A DNA stretch of 64,000 nucleotides from Camelus ferus. Its lineage: Eukaryota. Position 1 is the first letter of the stretch. Each line of letters begins with the position of its first letter. Positions 48,765-61,313 of this stretch are shown here, one piece after another. The translations under genes were made by a program, and so were the position numbers. Below the pieces are notes generated by a model. It was not told where the DNA came from, searched no databases, and saw nothing but the letters and a program-made list of their open reading frames with translations. The stretch lies in the NCBI RefSeq assembly GCF_009834535.1, contig NC_045707.1, forward strand, positions 46,316,001 through 46,380,000, in the 5' to 3' direction.

Positions 48765-50340
48765 TAAAAATAGCTTTACTGAATATATTTGATAAATAAC
48801 AAATTATTCATTTTGAAAAGTAAACAATTTAAGTTTTGATATATGTATACGTCTGTGAAATTATGACCACAATCAAGGTATTAAATATATCCATCACCCC
48901 TAAAAGTTTCCTCATGCTCCTTTGTGATCCTTTTCTCCTGCCCTGAACCCACCTGCCACTCCCATTCCCAGGCAACCACTGATCTGCTTTCTGTCACTGA
49001 TTAGTTTGCATTTCCTAGGACTTTATATAAATGGAATCATATAACATAGTTTTTTTTAATACAGATTTTTCACTCAGCATATTTTGAGTGAAAAATATTT
49101 TCACTCAGCACATTAACACCTTCCTTTTTATTACTGAATAGCGTTCCATTGTATGGATAAATCACAATTTGTTTATTCATTTATCTCTTGCCAGATCTAT
49201 GTTTGAGTCTCACAAATAAAGCTATGAACATTTGTGTAAAAGTCTTTGTTTTCATTTCCTCTTGGGTAAATACCTATAAATGAAATAGCTAGATTATATG
49301 GTAAGTGTATGATTAATTTTTAAGTAACTGCCAAAGTGTTTTCCCAAATGATTTTCCCATTTTTACATTTCCATAGTTTATGACAGTTCTAGTTTCTCTA
49401 CATTCTAGTTAATACTTGATCAGCCTTTTAAATATTAGCCATTCTAATAGGTGTATGTTAAATTGTATTGCATTGTTTTTAATTTGTACTTCACTGATGA
49501 CTAGTGATTTTTAACATTTTTTTCAGTGTTTAATTAACCATCTGTGTATCTTCTTTGGTGAGCGTCTAGCCAAATATTTTGCCCCTTTTTGTTAAATTGA
49601 GTTATTTAGTTTTGATAATTTTTAATGTATTCTGGATGCAAGTCATTTATCGATATATGACTTGTAAATTATTCCTTCAGTTTTTCTTAGTTCATTTGCA
49701 TTACAGTGTCTTTTAAAGAAGTTAGTAATTTTGAAATCGAGCTTGTCAGGTTTTTTTCTCTTATGGGTTATGCTTTTGGTGTTGTATCTAAGAAATCTTT
49801 AATCCACAACCAAAGTAATTTTCTGTGTTCTCTTCTAAGAGTTTTATTGGATTATGTTTTGTGTTTACATATAATTTTGCATCAGTTTTGTGTATGGTGT
49901 GAGGTACAATTTCAAGTTCATTTTTTTGCACACGGATAGGCAGTTGTCTCAGGACCATTTGTTGAAAAAATTATCTTCTCTCTGTTGCATTGACTGTGCA
50001 TATTTGTTAGAAAATCAATTGGCCATGTATATTTGGGTCTGTTTTTGAATTCTCTCTTTATGGATTTATGTTTTTGTTTTGACATGAATGCCACACTGTT
50101 TTGATTTTTGTCATTTTAATAAGTTATAAAGTCAGGTAGTGCAAGTTCTCCAGCTTTGTTCTTTTTCAGAGTTTTGGCTATTCCAAGTCCTTTGTGTTTT
50201 TATATAAATTTTAGAACCAGCTTGTTACTTTCTATTTTAAAAAGTCTGGTGGAATTTTGAATAGAATTTGCATTGAATTTGTGAGAAATTAACATCCTGA
50301 CAATACTGAGTAATCCAATCCATGAATGTAGTATATCTTG
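48765..50340 (-). mobile_element. Old L1 (L1MB/MC-like) 3' part, antisense
   Basis: CCATCACCCCTAAAAGTTTCCTCATGC, CCAGGCAACCACTGATCTGCTTTCTGTCACT, AAGTTCTCCAGCTTTGTTCTTTTTCAG. Confidence 0.85.
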
Positions 50341-52609
50341 CTATTAAAAATGCTTTTTTTATAGCCTCTTTTCCATTACAGATAGCACTATGATGTAAGA
50401 ATCATGGAGGCAGAGACCTAATTCTGTCTTTTACTCCAACCTGGCCCTTCATGTGCATTCTGTAAATATTTATTGAATGATAAATGAAGAAGATTCCTGA
50501 ATATAAATATTTGTGCATGTCTCTGATTAGTTTTTTTATTAGCTTCTTAGGATTAATTCCTACATGTGGAATTGCTAGGTCAAAGGTTATATTCATTTTT
50601 AAAGCATTTGATTACTGAACACTTTGCTAGAATTTTTTTTGAGGCAGAAATATCTTAATAGATAACTATCATAAGGCGTGCGTAATTGATTAGCAATGTT
50701 CCTGATGGCATTTTTCTCCAAGCCTTCTCTGAAATTACATTGTAATCCTATAGGAAAGTAGGATTCATATCACAGAAATTTTGTGGATTGTTTTTGTATC
50801 ATTAACTAATTTCACTGGAATCAGGAGCTATGGAGATAACCAAAAAGAAAGATGATTGTAGTTTTTCCACAAAGAAAGATGATTGTAGTTTTTCCTTTGA
50901 GGAAGTCATAGTCTCTTTGAAAAGATAGTTTAAGTAGTTGTAAATCACTAGAGGGGAAAAAAGACAAGTGTGATAGAATTTAGAATAAATATCCTGAGGC
51001 AAGCACAAGGAAGGCAGAAGTATATGGATCAGAAAGAAGAGCAAAAGCTTTTTTTTTTTTTAATTGAAGCATAGTCAGTTTACCATGTGTCAGTTTCTTG
51101 TGTACATCATAATGTTTCAATTATACATATACCTACATATATTTGTTTTCATATTCTTTTTCACTATAGGTTACTATAAAATATTGAATATATATCCCTG
51201 TGCTATAAAGAAGAAACTTGTTTATCTATTTTATAAATTTTTTACATTCACTTTTAGAGTTAACTATAAACTCTGAAAATAGCTTCATGATTGCTCAGCC
51301 TGTAGAGTTTTAAGTTTGACTCTGATCTTGATTTGTGGATTAGTTGGAAGTATTTAATAAGCTATTTTAATTTGCCATAAGTGTATGAATATTGTAAAGG
51401 CCAGAACATGTATATGGGAGACACTTAAGCAACTTAATGTGCTCAGCAAAGGGGCCCTGAGGGATAGCAAAATGAAATGTTTACATTTGTGTAGGGAATT
51501 GGCTAATGCAGGGATTTGAGTTTGGTTAAGAAGTGTAGATTTGATCCAGTAAACAGGATGATAATAGGAAAGGTTATAATAGGAGTTATAATGATGGAAA
51601 CAATGTATGAGAAAGATTGTCCTGGTGGATATGGTAAGCTATGGTAAGAATGAGGAAAGACCAAAATTAGGGGCAGTGTTTAGGCGACTTCTGTTATAAA
51701 CCACATGTGTAATGTTTGAGATTTTGCCCTAGAAGATGATGGAAAAGAACAGTTAAAATCAACAGACAGATGAAGAATCAGCAACATTAATAATTTATTT
51801 CTAATAGGAGATGAGGGGTAAGTTGTGTGCTAAGAAATAAGAGATAGGCAGTAGTTATTGATTTTTCTTTCAAGAAGGCAGGTAGAAAATATGAAGTTGA
51901 TGAATTTCCTTCTTATTATATTGAGCTTCTGTTACAGATGGGGCATGTATTAGAGTAAGAGTTTTGAACTGAGAAAGATTAGGGACGTGGGTATAAATTT
52001 GAGTGTCATTCAAATAGATGTAGTAAGCAAAGCTGTGAGAAAGGCAAGTTGACTTTCCTTACAGATCTTATAGGAGCAACAGGCTAGAGATTTCTCATGG
52101 TGAGTGGGAGAAAGAACAAAAAGGGTCAGAGATATAGAAGGTGATCATGGTGTAGATGCTGAGAGAGAAGAATATTTCAGAGGTTCTTAAAGGGGATTGT
52201 GTGCAAACTACATTGTTAACATCTCTTTATACTTATTAGTATTTAGCATAGTTTATTTTAGTAAATATAGTGAACTCTTCATGAAAGGTAATTTATTCTC
52301 AGTTACTGGATTAATTCAGATTTAAATTTCATGGTATTATCCATTGTGTTTAATTGGTAAAAAAGGAATAATGATACATATTTTCATAGTTTATAAGCCA
52401 TGCATCAGTATTCTCACATAAAGATTCTGTTAGCATTATAAATTTTGTCCCAGATTACAAAACTAGTTTCTTTTTGCATCATTAAAAAAACTTATACTAA
52501 CAATTTTATCTCAAGTGAAGGAAATAGTATATTACTTTATGATTACATTTTTGTAAGATGCTTTTGCCTACCTAGTATTATAACTTCTTTTAAAGTTTTA
52601 TTTTGCCTT

Positions 52610-53110
52610 TAATTTTTTTCTTTTAATTCAATTAAACTAAAATAATCAATCAGTTCACCCATTATTCCTCTCACTGCCCATACCCACCTGAAACACCAAT
52701 CTGTTGTCTGTATCTATGAGCTTGTTTTTTGTGTGTGTTTTTGTGTAGATTTCACACATAAGAAGATCATATGGTATTTTTTCTCTGTCTGACTTACTTC
52801 ACTTAGCATAATGCCCTTTGAGTCTATCCATGTTGTTGAAAATAACAAAATTTCCTTCTTTTTTATGGCTGAGTCATACTCCATTGTATATATACATCAC
52901 ATTTTCTTTCTCCATTCATCCACTGATGGACACTTAGGTTGTTTCCATGTATTAGCTATTGTAAATAATGCTACAGTAAACATGGGGGTGCATGTATCTT
53001 TTTGAGTTAGTGTTTTTTTTTTTTTTTTTTTTCTCCCTTGGATAAATACCCAGAAGTGGAATTGCTGGGTGGCATGGTAGTTCTATTTTTAATTTTTTGA
53101 GGAACCTCCA
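52610..53110 (-). mobile_element. L1 3' end fragment, antisense
   Basis: TCTGACTTACTTCACTTAGCATAATGCCC..GGACACTTAGGTTGTTTCCATG..CCCAGAAGTGGAATTGCTGG. Confidence 0.9.
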
Positions 53111-53899
53111 TGTGCTTAATTTTTCAGGAGGATTACTGTACCTCTCATACCACCTCAGACTATGGTCTTGGTCTTCCCTATTTTCTAAATCAGTTTTATT
53201 ATCTGTGCTGCAAAAATGTTTTCCAAGATAACACATAATTTAAAAAGTCTTACCACAAGGTGTCATTGTAACCTATAAAAAGAAATTCCATGCAAACAAG
53301 TGCAACACCAATTTTTACATTTCCTTATGTTTTTTAAGTCTGCTTTTTTCTGCTTCCTATTTTGCAGTTGTCATTTAAGATATGTTTTGTATTTCTTGTA
53401 TTAAAGGGAAAAATAAAGTAGCTCGTGTTCTTGAGTTCTGATAGTTTTGCAAAAACATATGCTTTCCACCCACAGATTTCTTAAGAGTGTGTTGCTATAG
53501 AGATGATTGTTTGAGGGAAAGAATGAGGAGGAGTAACAGCAGGTGGACGTTCAAGGAACCAAATACTTATTTTATGTCTTTGTTCCTGACAAAGCCAGCT
53601 TTAGCGTTTGCCCCTGTGCAGATGAAGTCCCTATGGAAGAAAGGTAGATATTTAGAGATACTGTGATGATACTTGGATTTATTCGGATGCTTTTTGCAAA
53701 GGTCCCTGTGCTTGACTGTTGGTTCATATGAAAGGTTAATGCTTGAAGTAATTGTAATCTTTGAAACAACCTTTCTTCTGCTTTGACTGGATTCCATTTC
53801 ACTTTTTTAAAAATTGTCCTAATTAGCCTTCTAATTAGTGTCCTTGACAGCGTTTGTTTTTTGTTTGTTTGTTTTGAGAGGGTTGTTAATATCTAACTA

Positions 53900-54710
53900 C
53901 TAAATCCTGTCACTTCTACCTCCAAATTCGTCTTTAAGACTATTCCCTGTTGACTACCTGCTGCCACTCTTTTAATTCAGGCCTTCATCATTGCTTCGTC
54001 ATTGCTTTTCTGGACTTTTGATCTCCTTCCTTCTTTCTCTCTTACCCCTGCCCCCACCTCAAATCTATTCTGCACACCTTGGATTATGTAGTTATTTTTC
54101 TGAAGTACAAATCTGAAACTACCCTGTACTGTGACTCATCTACCACAAGCTTAAAACTGTTTATTGGCTCTCCTAGGCCCCAGGATAAACTCCAGTCTTC
54201 TGGACATTGCCTTCAAGGCTCTCCCCTACCTCTCCGGGCTGGTAACGCTCCCCGCCAGCTTCTCACCCTCTACGCCCAAAGTTCTTCTCTCCATCTTCAT
54301 GCCTTTGTACTTGATGTTTCTTCCCAGCATCACTTTCTTTGTCTTATTAGCTCAGGATTAACTTTTTTGTGTGTGAAGTCTTCCCTGATAGCATCTCTAG
54401 CAGAATTAGGCCTCTCTCCCAAGTGCATCCATATCACCTATAAACATATTACAGTGCTTTGTAATTTTAAAACTTTCTGAACTTACTTATTTTAAATAGG
54501 TAATACATCCACACAGTAAAAAAAATTTTACATACAATAAGAATTCAGTAAATTTTCTCTTATTTTTGTTTAGTCAGCCATTGTTGGTCAACATGTGTGT
54601 TTCACTGACCACCATGAACTCCTTGAGGACATGGATTTTCTTTTATTTATTTCTGTATCCCAGTACCCAACAAAGTGTCTGGCACATAATAGGCACTTAG
54701 AAAATGTCCA
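53900..54710 (+). mobile_element. L2 3' end
   Basis: TTCTACCTCCAAATT, CTCCTTGAGGACATGGA, CTGTATCCCAGTACCCAACAAAGTGTCTGGCACATAATAGGCACTTAG. Confidence 0.75.
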
Positions 54711-56560
54711 AAGTACTCTTAATATGGGCAGGTTCTTCCTTGCTGAGAATTCTGCTTGATTTGATGGTCTGCAGATTTATGTATCTCCCTCAGAGCCCTC
54801 TTAGTAAGTGGGCTACTCAGTAAATATGATGTAAAGCCACTCTGTAAATACTAATTCTTAAACTGCTTTTTTTTTTTCCTTTTAAATAAGTGGTTTTAAA
54901 ATTAACCTGTATTGTATGAGGATGACTTTCATTTATCTCCCTTTTCTGGCTCTGAAAAATTTTATTCTTTCTTACTGGCAGATTCTCAGATGTGAAAAAG
55001 GGAGTGCTTACATTAACGCCAATAAAAATATCAGTTGAACTCTTAACAATTTTTAAAATTTATTTAACTTTTCAGACAAAGGCATAAATCTCATGGAAGT
55101 AAAATTAAATCAGGGTTTATTTAAAAAGCAAATAATTTTCAGGATATATTGTTGAATCAGTAGACAGCCTTCATTTTGTGTTAGGAGCCATATGGTAGCC
55201 TTTTCTATTTCAGGAGAAATATGGGACTGTGAGCAAAGAATACTTTGCAACTTGCACAAAGATATTAAGTGCTCATAAATCTTTTGGAAAGTTCCCATGT
55301 TACATGTAATAGAGCCTACATTAAGAAACATTCAAATGAATTTGAACTGTAGTTTGGGCAAGAGTAATCTTTGTTTTTCAGATCACAACTGTTCAGAGAT
55401 TTTTATAATTTCTTTCTAAGCATTTGAGGTTGACTGGTTACTGTGTCATACTTTCCAGAATTCTTTTGTGAGAATTAAGCTGTATGGAGACAAGACAGTG
55501 CAATTAAAAGAATAGAGTAACATTTTAATTCAGAGTGCTTGCTGGTTGATTGCTAACCACTCAAATACATATCTTCTTCCCTTCCTCTTGCTTACGCTCC
55601 CATTTCTTTCTAAGTCACAATTATGGGGACAGGGCCTGGCATCTTACCAGGCCTTTGAAGGGTCTGCTCCCAGCTGCACTTCAGGTTTTGGCAGGGTGTC
55701 AAGTTGTGACATTTTCTGTACACAAGACACCCTGGGATGGCTGTCCAAAGGCTGTTTGGGTGACTAGTATAGAAAATTCTCTCTATTTTAAGGAAACTCA
55801 TTTCTAATGTTTTGTCTATAAGTGTAGTAATGCCTGATGTTGGTTCTCTCTGGACTTATTATTGTTTCTAAAAAACAACATTCACTCTGGGGGCATTTAG
55901 TATTTAAAGCATTGTTTTGAAATGTTCAAAGACATAGCATGTACGTTTTAATGGAATGTGTTTTGGAAGCTTTCCACAAGCATCAGCAGCTGTACTTTTA
56001 GAACATTTTGAATTGCCATCCTTTTGGGCAGACGTTGTACCACTGCTTAAGAAATACAGAGCCTGTGCAAAAGAAAACGTCAGATGGATGTCTGTAGAGC
56101 TGGCACTGGTCTAAGGAAGTGGTAGGTAGGACATGTGGCTGTGGTTATGTGATAGTAATAGTTGAAAAGGTAGGAAGATGTATTTGGAGAAGGGTTGTGC
56201 TAAGGCTTTTAAAAATTGCCTTTCACAGAGACTAGTCCATCTAATAAATTCTCACCAATTAACGGGCTGACCAAAATAATCTGTTATTACTTTTATTTTT
56301 TAAAGTATGGTTTGCATTGTATACTTTTAAACATTTGCAGTGAGTTTCTTTATTTGGTAAACTGTGCATAATAGAAATTATTTCTTTTATTGTATAATTC
56401 AAGTGCCTGATACATACTTACATGGTCTGTGAGTAATTGATACATGTCTATTGACTGGCTGAAATCAGAAAAGCCTGACTGTGCTAAGAATTTAAAACTG
56501 ATCGAAATTTTGAGACTGATTAAAATTAATTATGAAAAAATAGACTGAAGAGAAAGCTAG

Positions 56561-56975
56561 TGTATTAGGTACCTGTAGCAACTCCAATAAATTACCACAT
56601 ACCACGTGGCTTAAAACAGCAACAGTTTGTTCTCACAGTCTGGAGACCGGAAGTCTAAAATCAAGGGCCGCACTCCAAAGGCTCTAGGGGAGAATCTTTT
56701 CCGTATTTCTTCCAGCTTCTTGTGGTTTAAGGCATTCTTTGGTTTGTGGCTGCATTTCTCTAATGTCTGCCTTCTTGGTCACATTGCCTCCTCCCCTCCA
56801 ATCTTTCTCTTATAGGAATACATGTCATTGTATGTAATTTGTATAATCCAGGATAAGCTCCTCCTCTTAAGATCCTTAACTTAATCATATCTTTTGCCAT
56901 ATTATGTCATTATTTTAGGTTACAGAGATGAGGAAGTGACATACCTTTTTGGGGGCCAGCATTCAGCCCAATATA
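56561..56975 (-). mobile_element. MLT1 MaLR solo LTR
   Basis: TGTATTAG..AAATTACCACA..GTGGCTTAAAACA..TCTGGAGACCGGAAGTCTAAAATCAAGG..GGGGCCAGCATTCAGCCCA. Confidence 0.85.
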
Positions 56976-57499
56976 GAAGCCTCAGTTACTGAATATGGAT
57001 GAGAAAAGTGAATTGAGGCTAAAGTAGTATTAGAATGATGAACATATTCATTTAATATTTTTGAACTAGTATGTGCCTGTGTTTATTTTAGGTTTGGGGG
57101 TTATAAATGTAAGACATATTTTCTTCCCCTAGATGAAGTTAGATTGCTTGTGTCACATATACTAAAATATAAGGTAGAAGATGGAATAATTACCTGCATA
57201 TATTTGGAGAGTGAGGAATACTTGATGGAGAAAGTAATATACTCCTGAACGAGGTTTTTGAGGGCTGGGAATTCACTAGATCAGAGTGCAGAGGGGATGA
57301 AAAAGACCTTCAGGGCCAGGAAACTAGTATTTTGCTAAGACGTGGAGGTAGAAAACAGCAGTGTGTGCTTAGGAAGCTACCAGTGAGTCAGTGCATTGAG
57401 ATAAATTTTAAATTTGTTTCTAATAAGTTACAAAGTAAACATTTTTTGTTGTGATCTTTCTTTTTTGATGGTTTGACTTTTTGTTTTCACATATTAAAA

Positions 57500-60378
57500 A
57501 AATTTTATTAATTATTGAATTACAGTCAACTACAATGTGTCAGTTTCTGGTGTACAGCACAGTGTTCCAGTCATGCATATACATACATATATTCATTTTC
57601 ATATTTTTTATTAGGTTATTAGAAGATACTGAACATAGTTTCCTGTGCTATACAGAAGAAACTTTTTTTAATCTATTTTTATATATAGTGGCTAACATTT
57701 GTAAATCTCAAATTCCCAAATTTATCCCTTACCACCCCCTTTCCCTGGTAACCATAAGATTATTTAGTATGTCTGCAAGTCTGTTTTGTAGATGAGTTCA
57801 TAAGTTATTAGTGTCTTTTTTTTTTTTTTCAGATTCCACATATGAGTGATATCATATGGTACTTTTCTTTCTCTTTCTGGCTTACTTCACTTAGAATGAC
57901 ATCTCCAGGTCCATCCATACTGCTGCAAATGGCATTATTTCATTCCTTTTTATGACTGAGTAGTATTCCATTGTATAAATATATCACAACTTCTTTATCC
58001 AGTCATCTGTTGATGGACATTTAGGTTGTTTCCATGTCTTGGCTATTGTATATAGTGCTGCTATGAACATTGGGGTGCATGTATCTTTTCGAATTAGAGT
58101 TCCCTCCTGATACATACCCAGAAGTGGGATTGTTGGATCATGTGATAGGTCTACTTTTAGTTTTTTGAGGAATCTCCATTCTGGTTTCCATAATGTCTGC
58201 ACCAAACTACATTCCCACCAGCAGTGTAGGAGGGTTCTCTTTTCTCCACATCTTGTTCAGCATTTATCATTTGTAGACTTTTGAATGATGGCCATTTTGA
58301 CTGGTGTGAGCCGATACCTCACTGTAGTTTTAATTTGCATTTCTCTGATAATTAGCCATATTGAGCATTTTTTCATATGCCTGTTGGCCATTTGTATGTC
58401 TTCACTGGAGATTTGCATGTTTAGATCTTCTGCCCACGTTTGGATTGGGTTCTTTGGTTTTTTGATACTAAGTTGTATGAGCTATTTATTCTGGAAATTA
58501 AGCCTTTGGCAATCGCATCATTTGCAAATATTTTCTCCCATTCTGTAGGTTGTCATTTTGTTTTGCTTATGGTTTCCTTTGCTATGCAAAAGCTTATGAG
58601 TTTAATTAGGTTCCATTTATTTATTTTTGCTTTTATTTCTATTGCCAGGGTAGACTGCCATAGGAGAACATTGCTGAGATCTATGTCAGAGAATGTTTTC
58701 TTCTAAGAGGTTTATAGTGTCTTATCTTGTGTTTGTCTTTAAGCCATTTTGAGTTTATCTTTGTGTATGGTATGAGGGGGTATTGTAAATTCATTGATTT
58801 CCATACAGCTGTCCAGTTACCTTGGCACTATTTGCTGAAGAGACTGTCTTTATTCCATTGTATGTTCTTGCCTCCTTTGTCAAAGATTAATTGACCAAAA
58901 GTGTGTGGTTTTATTTCTGGGCTCTCTGTTCTGTTCCATTGATCCGTATCTGTTTTTGTACCAGTACTGTGCTGTTTTGATTACTGTAGCTGTGTAGTAT
59001 TGTCTGAAGTCTGGGTGGGTTATTCCTCCAGCTTCATTTTTTTTGTTTAGTAATGCTTTGGCAATTTTGGGTCTTTTGTGAGTCCATATAAATTTTAGGA
59101 TCGTTTGTTCTAGTTCTGTGAAAAATGTCCTGAGTAATTTGATAGGGATTGCATTAAATCTGTAGATTGCGTTGGGTAGTATGGTCATTGTAACAATATT
59201 AATTCTTTCAATCAAAGAACATGGGATATTTTTCCATTTCTTTAAGTCATCTTTAATTTCTTTAGTTCAGTGTTTTATAATTCTCTGCATGTAATTATTT
59301 CACTTCTTTGGTCAGGTTTGTTCCTAAGTATTCTTTTTTTTTTTTTTTTTGATTCAATTTTAAAAAAGATTGTTTCTTTCCTTTTCTGATATTTCATTGT
59401 TAGTGTGAAGAAATGCAACTGATTTCTGTATGTTAATCTTGTATCCTGTTACCTTGATGAATTCTTTTATTGGCTCTAGTAGTTTTTGTGTGGAGCTTTT
59501 AGGGTTTTCTATACACAGTATCATGTCTTCCACATATAATGACAATTTTGCCTCTTCTCTTCCAGTATGGATCCCTTTTATTTCTTTTTCTTGCCTAATT
59601 GCTATGGCTAGGACTTCCAGTACTGTGTTGAATATAATTGGTGAGAGTGGGCATCCTTGTTCAGATTTTAACAAGAAGGCTTTCATCTTTTCACTGTTGA
59701 ATATTATACTGGCTGTAGGTTTGTCATAAATAGCTTTTATGATGTTGAGGTATATTCCCTCTATACCCACTTTGGTTAAGAGTTTTTATCATAAATGGGT
59801 GTTGAAATTTATCAAATGCTTTTTCTGCATCTGTTGAGATAATCATGTGATTTTTGTCCTTTCTCTTGTTGATGTGGTGTATCATGTTAGTTGATTTGTG
59901 TATGTAGAAACATCCTTGTGTCCCTGGGATGAACCCAATTTAACCATAGTATGTAATCTTATGTGTTGTTGGATTCTGTTTGCTAATATTTTGTTGAGGA
60001 TTTTTACATCTATGTTCATTAATGATATTGGCCTATAGTTTTCTTTTTTGGTAGTGTCTTTGTCTGGCTTTGGTATCAGGGTGATGGTGGCTTCATAGAA
60101 TGAACTTGGGAGAATTCCCTCCTCTTCAGTCTTTTGGAAGAGTTTGAAAAGTATTGGTATGAGCTCTTCATTGTATGTTTGATAGGATTCCCCAGTGAAG
60201 CCATTTGGTCCTAGACTTTTGTTTGCAGGGAGGTTTTTATTGCTGATTCTATTTCACTTCTAGTGATTGATCTGTTCAAATAATGTATTTTTTCTTGATT
60301 CCATTTTGGTGGACTGTATATTTCTAGAAACTTGTCCATTTCTTCTAAGTTGTCCAATTTATTGCCATGTAATTGTTT
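57500..60378 (-). mobile_element. Young lineage L1, ~2.9 kb 5'-truncated, antisense
   Basis: Minus-strand ORFs [22 protein letters not shown]...QGCPLSP...[13 protein letters not shown] and [23 protein letters not shown]; frameshifted. Confidence 0.95.
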
Positions 60379-61189
60379 GAAATACTGGATTGTTTTGACT
60401 TTGTCTCCTATATAAGAGCCTTTGAGTGAAAGTGAGAAGTCAGATTAAAAAATTTGATAATTAATCTGGCAGTGCTTTGAGTAGACCAGAGAGAGAAAAC
60501 ATTAGAAGCAAGGATAACAGAAAGCTTTGATAGTCTAGTTATGAAGTGACATGAGCCTGACGTTTTGTGGTTAAGTAGGAATGGAGAGAATTGAATGCAT
60601 TTTAAAGAAAGAGTTATTTGGTGTTTATACATGGGGAGTTGAGAGAGAAAGCAGAGAAGGCTTTGGGGTTGTAAATGTGGTTGAATGGTAGCATAATATT
60701 GGTATCAATACTGGAAGCTAGATAGTAAGGAGGTTGAAGGTAGACTGAAAGCAAGGTGAGCAATTTGGTTTAAGATAATTTGAACATAGGGTGATAGTAG
60801 AATTGTTCATTATCTGAAAAAAAATCTAATTATTAAAAAGAAAATTTAACAATAAAATGTTGGAAGTGTAAGTTTTCCTGTTAGAGAGTCCCCCCATTAT
60901 TATTTCCCCGGACGTTAACCACTATTCTCAACTTGGTGTACCACTGTCTGACTCTTCATGTGTATATAAACATATGGGTGTGTATATCTGTCACTCATAC
61001 TCTCCATAATGCTGTGGGGGCAATGGGGACAGATTTAACTTACCCTTTTTAATGCATATCAGTGTACCTTTATTTGTGGAAATTTAGGTTATTTCTGATT
61101 TTTAAATTTTTTTTATTAAAAAGGTCACAAAGAAAATTGTTTTTTAAAAAATGTACATGTACTGATTTCTTTTTTTGAAGTTTAGTTAC

Positions 61190-61313
61190 TTTTTTTTTTT
61201 TTTTTGGTGGGGAGGTAATTAGGTTTATTTATTTATTTTTAAATAGAGGTACTGGGGAATGAACAAACCTCTTGCATGCTAGGCACACACTCTGACTGAG
61301 ATATACCCTCCCC
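61190..61313 (-). mobile_element. tRNA-derived SINE (vic-1-like), antisense
   Basis: Poly(T)-GGTGGGGAGGTAATTAGGTTTATTTATTTA...GAGGTACTGGGG...TGCATGCTAGGCACACACTC..CTGAGATATACCCTCCCC, the reverse complement of the 2521 SINE. Confidence 0.9.

Noticed and set aside
53611..53650. Possible micro-exon (TGTGCAG|ATGAAGTCCCTATGGAAGAAAG|GTAGAT) as a middle CEP83 5'UTR exon
   Set aside because: The donor is weak and such patterns are common by chance. An intermediate non-coding exon may exist, but I cannot locate it.
54079..54480. 133-aa + strand ORF in the intron
   Set aside because: It lies within an L2 remnant, has a non-ATG start, and shows no splice or protein-family support.
57500..60378. Possible active reverse transcriptase gene
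   Set aside because: It is a 5'-truncated L1 with frameshifts and a mutated catalytic motif (YVED). The same applies to the 7.4-10 kb L1 and the ERV pol.
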